Below the pieces are notes generated by a model. That model was not told the origin of the DNA and searched no databases. It saw nothing but the letters and a program-made list of their open reading frames with translations. From an uncultured Candidatus Poseidoniales archaeon (lineage in GTDB: Archaea; Thermoplasmatota; Poseidoniia; Poseidoniales; Thalassarchaeaceae), in NCBI GenBank assembly GCA_964570065.1, contig CAZMVZ010000003.1, positions 7,512-71,511 of the forward strand: a stretch of 64,000 nucleotides of DNA, written 5' to 3'. Shown piece after piece: positions 1 through 8,927 of the stretch (position 1 is the stretch's first letter; each line of letters starts with the position of its first letter). A program made the translations under genes and the position numbers.

Positions 1-495
1 TCGCTTGTGGGGGACCTTGCAGCATTCGCTGGGGCAGTCACAGTGGTGGGGTACATCCTGGTTGGCAGGCACCTCAGGTCGGAGAGGGGCATGCCGATTT
101 TCATTTACGCATTCCCCGTAACCATGGCAGCTGGGATTTGGCTCTCATTCGCGACGGTATTCTTCGAGGGAACCTCGTTTTCATCCATTGATCCATCCGA
201 CTCACTGACTGGTTGGTCCGATCCAATTTGGATAGCATGGGTCGCATACCTGTCTTTGGGTCCCGGGCTATGCGGACACACTGGGGTTAACACCGTGCTT
301 CGGTGGATTTCACCGATCGTCGTGTCGATCGCATTGCTGATGGAACCGGTGCTCGGCGCGATAATCGGATGGCTGTGGACCGACGAGGTCGTGATAGGAC
401 TGCCCACTGTAGCCGGTGGCTTGATGATGATGACTGGAGCAATCATGGTCACCCTCCAGGAGACGAGACAGAATTCCAGTGAATCGGTTTCATAA
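1..495 (+). CDS. EamA/DMT-family transporter, C-terminal part (5' end outside window)
   Basis: The frame is open from base 1. It has several hydrophobic spans and a glycine-rich last-helix pattern (EPVLGAIIGWLW) typical of EamA repeats. Confidence 0.55.
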   Translation, partial: SLVGDLAAFAGAVTVVGYILVGRHLRSERGMPIFIYAFPVTMAAGIWLSFATVFFEGTSFSSIDPSDSLTGWSDPIWIAWVAYLSLGPGLCGHTGVNTVLRWISPIVVSIALLMEPVLGAIIGWLWTDEVVIGLPTVAGGLMMMTGAIMVTLQETRQNSSESVS

Positions 496-512
496 CATGA
501 TTTCGGGACGCG

Positions 513-1442
513 ATGACGATGACATTCCCATTGCTCCTGACGAATGACGATGGCATCCACTCCCTAGGGCTGCAGGAATTGGCGTCATCTCTGAATGAGA
601 GGGGCCATCCAGTAGTAATCCTCGCTCCGCTTACCGAGCAATCAGCAGTAGGGATGAAACTCACACTTCGTGATGACATGGCATTCCAGGAGCACACTGG
701 CATAGCCGATAAGATCCGTGTCAATGAGGCGGCCCCGCTCCGTGTCTTCTCCCTGGATGGGTCTCCCTGCGACTGCGTCATTGTCGCAATAGACGGGGGC
801 CTGAGGACATGGGTGCCGGAGATCGAGCCATGGATGTGCATCTCAGGCATCAACAGGGGGCCGAACCTATCCGTCGACGTACTTCACTCCGGGACCGTTT
901 CTGCAGCCCGTGAGGCAGCTCTGTACGGCATGCCTTCGATCTCTGTAAGCCTAGCTACCTACTCGAACGAGAACTACTCCGATTCCATAGGTGCAACGCT
1001 GGATGTAATTGATCGGCTTTCCAGATTAGTGTCCAAGAAACCAGAAAACCTACTGAGGCCACTGGGGTCAAAGAAAGTACCACCAGTAGACTCCTCCCCC
1101 GACTCCATAAGGTCGTGGTTCCTGCAAGGTAACCTGTTTCTGAACCTGAATGTCCCGGAGGCTTGGGAAGGCGCCTTCCAGACAGTCCCGCTAGGCGCTA
1201 GATGGTATCACAATGCAACAGACATGCTACAAAAGGATGCCATGGGGGTGGCTTTCGAGGTCGGGGCGGCCAGAATAGAGGACGAGGATCTAGAAATGAC
1301 CGATTGCAACGCTGTAATTAACGGAAAGGCGGCGTTAACCCCACTAGCAAGCTGGCCCCAGAACCATCCACTAGGGGTGCCGCAGTCTGTGATGGAAGCA
1401 TCCAACAAGATGGGGGAAGATGGGATGCCAGAATGGTTCTAG
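513..1442 (+). CDS. surE: 5'/3'-nucleotidase SurE
   Basis: LLLTNDDGIHSLG at the N-terminus and SGINRGPNLSVDVLHSGTVSAAREAALYG match the SurE signature blocks. Confidence 0.85.
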   Translation: MTMTFPLLLTNDDGIHSLGLQELASSLNERGHPVVILAPLTEQSAVGMKLTLRDDMAFQEHTGIADKIRVNEAAPLRVFSLDGSPCDCVIVAIDGGLRTWVPEIEPWMCISGINRGPNLSVDVLHSGTVSAAREAALYGMPSISVSLATYSNENYSDSIGATLDVIDRLSRLVSKKPENLLRPLGSKKVPPVDSSPDSIRSWFLQGNLFLNLNVPEAWEGAFQTVPLGARWYHNATDMLQKDAMGVAFEVGAARIEDEDLEMTDCNAVINGKAALTPLASWPQNHPLGVPQSVMEASNKMGEDGMPEWF

Positions 1443-2029
1443 TCCCCATCAAGAAGATAGTGAAGAATGGCAATGCACGAGTGCCCCTGAAGCCACCTTC
1501 CCCCCAGTGAAAGGGAAACAGCCCCCTTGAGTGATTGAGTATCAAGTTCGGTCAATGGCTTGTCATCGGAGATGATGAAACCCAGATCCACCGAAGAGGG
1601 GACATCGGAGAAATCACCCCCACCAGCATCCAGTATAATAGGGCAAACACCCCTAGCAGTCCATTCCCCGACCGTCTGTTCAATACCTCCTCCCGAGTGT
1701 AGAATTCCTCTGCTGAACTCTCTGAAACGACCTCTGGGAGGGATTGCCTCCTTCAAAATCCCCTTAATCTGGCCAGAAATAGATCTCTCGTCAGGCCTAA
1801 CCCCGGCAAGAGAGGAACCATTGAACCAAATCCTCCTGCTTGGACCATCGCCACCCATCAGGTGGAGCAAAACATGGCTATCTTCCCTAATTCCATGTGA
1901 GACGAAAAGTGCTGAATTTACCGCCCTCGCAAGTACGTCCATCCGCCCTCCAGAACCAGCGAGGTCATTCAGGTTCAGAGCTCCCGAACTAGGCGCCCTA
2001 TGGCCAATGATCGCGAACCACCTTTCCAG
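1439..2029 (-). CDS. trmY: tRNA (pseudouridine54-N1)-methyltransferase TrmY (SPOUT, DUF358)
   Basis: LNLNDLAGSGGRMDVLARAVNSALFVSHGIRED and RPDERSISGQIKG match the MJ1640/TrmY family. The conserved N-terminal block lies in frame upstream of the first ATG (1942). I therefore extend to the codon after the in-frame TAG at 2030-2032; no canonical start is available there. Confidence 0.75.
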   Translation of the reverse strand: MERWFAIIGHRAPSSGALNLNDLAGSGGRMDVLARAVNSALFVSHGIREDSHVLLHLMGGDGPSRRIWFNGSSLAGVRPDERSISGQIKGILKEAIPPRGRFREFSRGILHSGGGIEQTVGEWTARGVCPIILDAGGGDFSDVPSSVDLGFIISDDKPLTELDTQSLKGAVSLSLGGRWLQGHSCIAILHYLLDGD

Positions 2030-2033
2030 CTAA

Positions 2034-3389
2034 TCACCCCAGATCGAGATCGTCATCGATCCCCATCATAGATTGCATTTGACGCCTCATCTTCCTGTCT
2101 CCTCTGAAGCCTCGCATCATCTTCTTACTCCTATTCCACTGCGTTAGCAGCTCTTTGACCTCCTTTTCCTCACAACCCGATCCTCGAGCAATACGCCTAA
2201 TCCTACTTGATTTGAGCAGAAGCGGGTCATCCTTTTCCTCTTGCGTCATTGAGTCCATAACAATTCTATATTTGTCGAGATTTGCCTGCATCTGCCTCTT
2301 CTGAGCCACCCCCATATTCCCCATGCCGCCGAACATCGTATCGGGCAAATGTGAGAGTACCTTGTCCAGCGTCCCAATCTTACTCATCATTTCCATCTGG
2401 GCATACATGTCCGTGAGCGTGAATCTGCCCGACATCAGCCTCTTCGTCAAGCGCATTGCTTCTTGTTCATCCAGATCCTCCGGGGCTAGATCGATTAGTC
2501 CTTTGATATCGCCCATACCCAGCAATCGTGAAATGAACCTATCAGACTCGAACTTCTCGATATCACCTATCTTCTCCCCCTCTCCAACGAAGACAATCGG
2601 AGCACCAGTGTTTGAAACTGCACTTAGAGCACCACCACCTCTTGCAGTACCATCTAACTTTGTCACTATGGTCCCAGTAACGCCCACTAGATCGTGGAAT
2701 GTTTCGGCCATCGGGCCAGCAGCCTGTCCAACCTGGGCATCAATCACTAGGAATCTCTCAGAGGCATTTGCAATCCGGGCAATCTCGAGCAACTCATCCT
2801 TCAACTCCGCATCAAGACTATCCCTACCAGCAGTATCTATGATCACGACATCAGACGTTCCTACTTTCTTCAGGCCGTTTCTGACTATTTCTGCTGCAAT
2901 CTTAGACCCCGGCTCTCCATAAACTTCTACACCAGTCCCTTCAAGCATCTGACTCAATTGTTCGAATGCCCCTGGACGGTGTACATCTGCCTCTATTACT
3001 GCTACCTTTGCACCATGGCTCCTCCTCCACCAATCTGCTAGTTTGGCAGTGGTTGTTGTTTTGCCCTGACCATACAGTCCAACCATTAGTACAGTCTGAT
3101 TGTGAGGTTTGATTTCCCTAGGAGGGCCAAGAATCCTAACCATCTCCGTGTAAATCAGATTCATTGCATGAGTCTCTAGCTTAACTCCCGGACGTGGCTC
3201 CTCCTCGACAATTCCTCTTTCGACTCGCTCTGTGAGCTCCTTAGCCTGCCTCACATTGAAATCAGCTTCCAGAAGTGCCCTTCTGAGTGATTTGCTGAGG
3301 TCCTTGACGGTATCTTCGTCAATCTTCCTCTTTCCCTTCAGAAGACCTATCGAACCTAGAACTCTATGCTTGAACCCCTCTAGCGCCAT
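2034..3389 (-). CDS. srp54: signal recognition particle protein SRP54
   Basis: GLYGQGKTTTTAKLA, DTAGR and a Met-rich M domain are present. The conserved N-terminus MALEGFKHRVLGS begins at the internal ATG 3389. The ORF-track extension to 3485 would remove the divergent promoter space. Confidence 0.9.
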   Translation of the reverse strand: MALEGFKHRVLGSIGLLKGKRKIDEDTVKDLSKSLRRALLEADFNVRQAKELTERVERGIVEEEPRPGVKLETHAMNLIYTEMVRILGPPREIKPHNQTVLMVGLYGQGKTTTTAKLADWWRRSHGAKVAVIEADVHRPGAFEQLSQMLEGTGVEVYGEPGSKIAAEIVRNGLKKVGTSDVVIIDTAGRDSLDAELKDELLEIARIANASERFLVIDAQVGQAAGPMAETFHDLVGVTGTIVTKLDGTARGGGALSAVSNTGAPIVFVGEGEKIGDIEKFESDRFISRLLGMGDIKGLIDLAPEDLDEQEAMRLTKRLMSGRFTLTDMYAQMEMMSKIGTLDKVLSHLPDTMFGGMGNMGVAQKRQMQANLDKYRIVMDSMTQEEKDDPLLLKSSRIRRIARGSGCEEKEVKELLTQWNRSKKMMRGFRGDRKMRRQMQSMMGIDDDLDLG

Positions 3390-3494
3390 GAGTTTCGGCA
3401 CCAATCGTGTGGTTTGAACATTGTCTGGCCGACAAGGGAGATGAAGACTGCCTAATATCCGCTGTACTGAAAGGGAACTCGCCATGGGGGGGAT

Positions 3495-4286
3495 ATGGCT
3501 GAAGCACCCATCGAGTTGTGGGAGATGCAGGTAGCCTTCGCAATCGGTCTTTTGGGGATATACGTCGGTTGGAGGGGAACTATAGCAAAAATGACGGGAT
3601 TCTACGACTTATCCGGGGCCGTTAAGACTTTGCTATATGGGATAATTTCAGGGGTCTTGGCCGCTTCAGCCATTGATGCCCTGATACTATCAGAAGTCAG
3701 AAATGAGACTCAGAACATCATCTCGATTAGTGCAATCGCACTAGTGATCGCTCTGGCCGAGTCTTCATTCACACTATTCGTACTTGGCCGCTCTAGAACC
3801 GTTGGTTTGAGGGCCTGTGCCCCATATGGTTGGACACTCGGATTGGGTTTTGGAGCAATGCGTTCAGCCCATCTGAACGTCCGATTATTCGACCCAGTAG
3901 TGTGGGAGGGAACTGGTTTCAGCATACCAAACATCGTCTTGGCATTGCTTCTCACTGTGATAACCTGTCTTGGTCACGCATCAATTACTACATGGCAGGG
4001 ATCCAGAATGATCGAAAACAGTAGATTCCGACCAGTAGTTTACGCTTCCATCGCACGCTCTGCTCTGATTCTTGCCACAGTTCTCACAGTCTTCTTCCCA
4101 CCGACTCTGGCACTAGTCGCCCCCATTGTGGCGTGGTCTTGGTTCCCTGCCCAGGAATCATGGCTGCCATCCGGACTCACTCCTTCTGCAAGACAGGCGT
4201 ATAGGAGAACAATACGGCAAGCGGAGATGATCAAATCCAAGGCAGACAGAAGAATCAGGGGAAAGTTTGTCGATTCCGAGGAATAG
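3495..4286 (+). CDS. hypothetical polytopic membrane protein
   Basis: It has 6-7 predicted hydrophobic helices and a basic C-terminal tail. I recognise no family motif. Confidence 0.45.
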   Translation: MAEAPIELWEMQVAFAIGLLGIYVGWRGTIAKMTGFYDLSGAVKTLLYGIISGVLAASAIDALILSEVRNETQNIISISAIALVIALAESSFTLFVLGRSRTVGLRACAPYGWTLGLGFGAMRSAHLNVRLFDPVVWEGTGFSIPNIVLALLLTVITCLGHASITTWQGSRMIENSRFRPVVYASIARSALILATVLTVFFPPTLALVAPIVAWSWFPAQESWLPSGLTPSARQAYRRTIRQAEMIKSKADRRIRGKFVDSEE

Positions 4287-4330
4287 TGCAGAAAAAGGTA
4301 ATTTCTCAATTTTCCAGTCATGGCGCAGGA

Positions 4331-4336
4331 TTATAT
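4331..4336 (+). promoter_or_regulatory. TATA-like box (TTATAT) 26-31 nt upstream of the trkA ATG, implying a leaderless or near-leaderless mRNA
   Basis: TTATAT lies in the 75-nt gap before the ATG at 4362. Similar elements occur upstream of metG, priS, Lhr and S12. Confidence 0.3.
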
Positions 4337-4361
4337 CCAATTCACATATTCATTTGGTTGA

Positions 4362-5786
4362 ATGCGAGTCATAATCGCAGGTGCCGGCGAGGTCGGCCGG
4401 GGTGTCGCCGCCGCGCTACGGGGTGAGAAGAGGGGTGTAGCGATGATTGACCCCGATCCCAGTGCAATTAGTGACTCGCAATCTTTGGATTGCCTCTTGA
4501 TTACTGGAAACGCACTCTCTAGGGACTCATTGGTAAGGGCCGGAATCAGCGACGCAGAAATTATCGTTTTCGCCACAAACGATGACAACGTGAATATTCT
4601 TGGTTGTGCATTTGCAAAACGAGTATTCAGTGAGCAGGTAGGCGATAGAACCGCTTCTGGATTGATTACGATAGCCAATGTTCGCGATTCTGAAATCACA
4701 CATCCTACAAGGGGGGCAGGGCCATTGGAGAACTGGGCTCGAACAAACTTCGTAGTCTCACCCTCCACCGATGTCGTAGAACAATTGATTTCCGGTTTAG
4801 TTGCACCATCGCTTTCTGACATTATCCCCCTGGGTGACAATGCCTGGATTGTCGAATCTAGCGTATCGATAGACTCGCCATTGATCGGTTCGACAACTGG
4901 AGATGCAAACTCTAGATCTCGTTCAGACCCCGTCTATCCTAGGATTATCGCGATGAAAGGACAAGGCAACAAGGGACGGATAGTTTCTGGGAATGAAATC
5001 ATCCAGGAAGGCGATATGCTGGTTTTCGTCATCGGCGCGACGAAATTCTTCGGAGAGGTCGCTAGAATGGTTGGAGATGTGGACTCAGAGATGCCAGAGA
5101 AGCCTAGGGTTGCTGTTTTCGGTGCAACAAGCTTTGGGAGCAAACTGGCTGAGCACTATCTCAGCAAAGGTTCGAATGTAGTGATTATCGAGCCCGACTT
5201 GGATGCAGCAAATGCAATAGTCGGCTCACGAATAGGTGTAAACAAGCGTCTAGATGTGATTCACGGTGACCCTCAGGACGAGGACTTACTCAGGGAGCTC
5301 GCTGTAGAGGATCATGATATTGCAATTTCTACTCTGAGTGATGACAACCTCAATATTTCAATCGCAATGCGGACCTTTGACAAAGGCGTTTCTAGGACTG
5401 GATTGATTCTGAAGGACAGAGCACTTGTGGAGGCTATACAGAGAATTGGGCTTAGGCCTGTCAGCAAGCGTAGAGTAGCCGTGAAGTCGATTCTCAAAGC
5501 AATCCACATGCATGTCCCGGGCCTTTACGAACCAATTCCAAGAATCCCATCCCTGGTCTCAATGTCTGCTGAAATCAACCCCGGAAACTCACTCATGGGC
5601 AAAGAATTGGACGAAGTTGAGAGCATTATTGGCGCGAATCTTGTGATGCTAGAGAGAATGGGGGCGGATGGGGCCTTCCACCATATCGTGGAAGGCAAAA
5701 TTGGCTCCTTGGAAGAAGGCGACCGAATCTACCTAATTCTAGAAATTGACGATGTAGGGAAGGCCGAGGAGTCACTACGGAGTTAG
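4362..5786 (+). CDS. trkA: Trk potassium uptake protein TrkA (two TrkA-N/TrkA-C units)
   Basis: MRVIIAGAGEVGRGVA is a Rossmann motif, and a second one follows (VAVFGATSFGSKLA). It sits immediately upstream of trkH. Confidence 0.85.
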   Translation: MRVIIAGAGEVGRGVAAALRGEKRGVAMIDPDPSAISDSQSLDCLLITGNALSRDSLVRAGISDAEIIVFATNDDNVNILGCAFAKRVFSEQVGDRTASGLITIANVRDSEITHPTRGAGPLENWARTNFVVSPSTDVVEQLISGLVAPSLSDIIPLGDNAWIVESSVSIDSPLIGSTTGDANSRSRSDPVYPRIIAMKGQGNKGRIVSGNEIIQEGDMLVFVIGATKFFGEVARMVGDVDSEMPEKPRVAVFGATSFGSKLAEHYLSKGSNVVIIEPDLDAANAIVGSRIGVNKRLDVIHGDPQDEDLLRELAVEDHDIAISTLSDDNLNISIAMRTFDKGVSRTGLILKDRALVEAIQRIGLRPVSKRRVAVKSILKAIHMHVPGLYEPIPRIPSLVSMSAEINPGNSLMGKELDEVESIIGANLVMLERMGADGAFHHIVEGKIGSLEEGDRIYLILEIDDVGKAEESLRS

Positions 5787-5787
5787 T

Positions 5788-7389
5788 ATGCGCTGGGAGG
5801 TAGTTAGCCTAGTTCTTGGATGGACCATTGGTTTGGTTTCATTGCCTTTGGCCGTTGTTGGATTCTACAGCCTTTATTCTGAGGGCCTAGAGCCCGCAAT
5901 CCGTACATTTGCAATTCCTACCCTGATTTCTATTTCTACCGGATACGCACTCGTCCTCCATTCTCGCGTTTCTGACCCTTCTGCAAGGGTAAGGGATAGA
6001 GAGGCATTTGCCTCAGTCGCCTTGGGGTGGATACCCGTGGTAATTGTAGGCGCGTTGCCTCTTTGGCTGGGAGGTATGTTCCATGGTCCCTTCGGTGAAT
6101 ATTGGGACCCGGGCCAAGAGAATTCGATTAGTCAGATTTTGTACGGCCTACTACATTCGTGGTTTGAGTCAATGTCAGGTTTTACGACCACCGGGGCCTC
6201 ACTTGTAGACCCATCAACTAGTCCTGTTTGTGGCTCTGGATTAGCCGGAATTAATGAATTTCAGGGAGACTGCCTGGGGAGTCAGAGGAAAAGCCTCATT
6301 CTTTGGCGCTCAATATCTCAGTGGATCGGCGGAATGGGGGTAATTATGCTAGGGCTCCTAATTTTCTCAAGGGCTCTCGGTGGAGGGATGGCGCTAGCCA
6401 GGGCCGAACTAACCGGCCCCTCGGTCTCGAATCTTGGAACTACTCTAGAGGGAACAGCCCGGAAACTATGGGCCATTTACGTCGGTCTCACACTCCTAGA
6501 GGCAATTCTGCTGTTTCAGTTTACAAAGATGGGTTCTTTTGACTCGATTAACTATGCTCTAACGACAATGCCATCCGGTGGTTTTGGAACCACTGATGAG
6601 GGGATTATGCACTTCAATGACGCCATCATTGAATCGATTGTAATGGTTTTCATGCTACTTACGTGCATTAACTTCAGCCTACTGTATTTTGCATTCTCGG
6701 GTAGATCAAACGACATCTGGAAGGACGAAGAACTCCGGACATATCTGCTAATTGTTTTCATTGCATGGGTTGCAATGACGATAAACATCTATCAATCGGA
6801 TGATCTGGGTTACGGTTTTCTGGAATCAATCCGCCACTCCATTTTCCAGGCCATTTCGATTACCAGTACTGGATTTTCTAGTGCCGACTTCTCCGATTGG
6901 CCTGTCTTCAGCCAGTTCGTTTTGCTCCTCTTGATGATTATAGGTGCCAGTGCAGGGTCTACCGGGGGCGGCCTCAAGGTTCTTCGAATTAGAATTGCAT
7001 TCGAACTGGCTAAGAGAGAAGTAATGAAAATAATTCAGCCACGGAGGGTTGTTGCGATTAGATTCAATCGTTCCGTAGTTGACGAGGAAAGGGTCTGGAT
7101 TATTCTGGGAATGATCAGCTCCTGGCTGGTCTTAGTCACTGCCTCCATGCTGACCATTTCTTTCCTAGAGCCAAATCTAGACATGGATGACGTATTATCT
7201 GTCTCCATCTCATTACTCGGTAATACAGGCCCTGCATTGGGTGATTTCGGACCTTCCGGAGCCGCTGCATCGTGGGCTGCCATGAGCACGCCCTCTCTAC
7301 TCGCGTCCACTATGCTGATGTGGCTAGGTCGACTTGAACTTCTCACAGTTCTGGTTCTCCTCCATCCAAAGACTTGGGAGTCGGACTAG
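5788..7389 (+). CDS. trkH: Trk/Ktr-type cation transporter TrkH
   Basis: Four selectivity-filter-like repeats are present: SGFTTTGAS, PSGGFGTTD, TSTGFSSAD and GNTGPALG. AGSTGGGLKVLR is also present. Confidence 0.85.
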   Translation: MRWEVVSLVLGWTIGLVSLPLAVVGFYSLYSEGLEPAIRTFAIPTLISISTGYALVLHSRVSDPSARVRDREAFASVALGWIPVVIVGALPLWLGGMFHGPFGEYWDPGQENSISQILYGLLHSWFESMSGFTTTGASLVDPSTSPVCGSGLAGINEFQGDCLGSQRKSLILWRSISQWIGGMGVIMLGLLIFSRALGGGMALARAELTGPSVSNLGTTLEGTARKLWAIYVGLTLLEAILLFQFTKMGSFDSINYALTTMPSGGFGTTDEGIMHFNDAIIESIVMVFMLLTCINFSLLYFAFSGRSNDIWKDEELRTYLLIVFIAWVAMTINIYQSDDLGYGFLESIRHSIFQAISITSTGFSSADFSDWPVFSQFVLLLLMIIGASAGSTGGGLKVLRIRIAFELAKREVMKIIQPRRVVAIRFNRSVVDEERVWIILGMISSWLVLVTASMLTISFLEPNLDMDDVLSVSISLLGNTGPALGDFGPSGAAASWAAMSTPSLLASTMLMWLGRLELLTVLVLLHPKTWESD

Positions 7390-8915
7390 CCGAATCTATC
7401 TAGGGTCGGCTGGTTTTCATCTTCGACTTGATCATCGGGAGGCTTCGATACTATAATTTCAGCACTCTCACCAGATCCTTCTTCCCCGAATAATTCCATT
7501 ATCTCCTTTGCACTCTTGCTAGATTTTGGAATCCCGTGCATGGCAAGATGATCCTCTGCGGACAAGCCGATCTTCTTTGCCACGCTAAAGTCATTCTCAG
7601 ATCCACCTAGGCCCGAATTATGGATTGCGAGCAGAGTCGGCCACAGGTCTTCTCTAATCGCCGCGCGACTCGCCCCAAATTCACCAGAAAGACTGGAAAT
7701 CAGACTACCTGTCCGCCAAGACTCTCCACCCCTCCTTAGAAAGTCCGGGAAACTGACGAATACCTCATTCTCACTTTCCGCCTTCGAGCCAGAAGCTATG
7801 GCTTGGGCAGGCAATGCTGAACCCCAGTACCAGGACCTGAATGCCCGATTGGTGAATTTTGTGGCAAGAAAGGAATCCGATTTGCACATAGCCCCAGAAA
7901 CTGCCTCCAAACTGGAAGCTGCCATTATCGACTGATTGTTCCAAGCGAACCAAGCCAACATCTCATCCGGATCCTTGTCGGAGTTCCGGACAATCTTGGA
8001 AATACTCGCGCCTGATCGAGTCGTGTATGCTCTCTTTAGGGAGTTGAAAACGTTGATCTGCGAGTCCCTTACGACTGAATCCGAGAGGTCTTGGACCGAA
8101 CTCATTTCTATGTGGCCGTCAACTACGCATGAAAGCGACTGCAGATCCCTGACTAGGGCTCTGAGATCGCCTGGATTTCCGTCAATTAGAGCATTAAGAG
8201 ACTCGGGATCGATCCCGACTCCCTCAGAATCCAGAACTCTGAGAGCTATTCTCCTAAGGTCAGATCGATCTACCCTCTCGAAAATGACATTCTCCGAGAC
8301 CCTCAGAACCCTATCTCTGTTGGATCTCCAATTTCCACCCCGCCCCCATAGCTTCATTGGGTCATTGCAGGTCATTATCACTGGATTTTTGGTATTTTTT
8401 AGTAGGTTGAGAAGCTCTGCCTTGCCGCCGGAGTCGCCCCTCAAAACAGCCCCATCATCCTCGTCCCCCATAGTCTTCTCAATGCGCTCCTCAGAGACCT
8501 TGGCGAATCCCCCACTGAGGTGGTCCACTTCGTCAAGCAGGATCACCGTCCTACTGGTCGCAGCGGATTCCATTGAGAAATGTTCGAGCGAGAAATTCTG
8601 AGACCCCCTCGTTGCTGAGCCTCTAATCGCAGCTGCATTCCTTTGCTCAGAAGCATTCAGTTCAACAACTGTCCACCCTCTTTCTTTGGCCAATGCATGT
8701 GCTATGGTAGTCTTACCGACACCTGGTGGACCAGAAAGAAGTAAACCTCTCTTTTTCGGCACCTTTCCCGCGGTCCAGCTATCTAACCACAACTTGACCC
8801 TTCTCAGCTTGTCTCCGTTTCCTTCCATCTCCGATAGTGTGGTGGGACGGTATCGCTCTGTCCAGTCATCTGGTCTGATGCCTCCTTCCACAGACATAGA
8901 TGCCCTCGGCGACAC
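7386..8915 (-). CDS. rfcL: replication factor C large subunit
   Basis: Matching blocks are WTERYRPTTLSEM, the LLLSGPPGVGKTT Walker A, and the ILLDEVDHL Walker B. The C-terminal QPTLDRFG fits a PIP-box (QxxLxxF). Confidence 0.85.
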   Translation of the reverse strand: MSPRASMSVEGGIRPDDWTERYRPTTLSEMEGNGDKLRRVKLWLDSWTAGKVPKKRGLLLSGPPGVGKTTIAHALAKERGWTVVELNASEQRNAAAIRGSATRGSQNFSLEHFSMESAATSRTVILLDEVDHLSGGFAKVSEERIEKTMGDEDDGAVLRGDSGGKAELLNLLKNTKNPVIMTCNDPMKLWGRGGNWRSNRDRVLRVSENVIFERVDRSDLRRIALRVLDSEGVGIDPESLNALIDGNPGDLRALVRDLQSLSCVVDGHIEMSSVQDLSDSVVRDSQINVFNSLKRAYTTRSGASISKIVRNSDKDPDEMLAWFAWNNQSIMAASSLEAVSGAMCKSDSFLATKFTNRAFRSWYWGSALPAQAIASGSKAESENEVFVSFPDFLRRGGESWRTGSLISSLSGEFGASRAAIREDLWPTLLAIHNSGLGGSENDFSVAKKIGLSAEDHLAMHGIPKSSKSAKEIMELFGEEGSGESAEIIVSKPPDDQVEDENQPTLDRFG

Positions 8916-8927
8916 TTGAAGATTAGC

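Noticed and set aside
3390-3485. N-terminal extensions of ORF-track calls: srp54 to 3485, tiaS from 18216, purB to 21544, ipk to 36438, folA to 55589, archaeosortase to 17264, psmA from 22305 and kptA to 37769.
   Set aside because: The conserved family N-termini begin at internal start codons. The extensions overlap neighbouring genes or consume the only available promoter space, so I treat them as non-coding or belonging to the neighbour.
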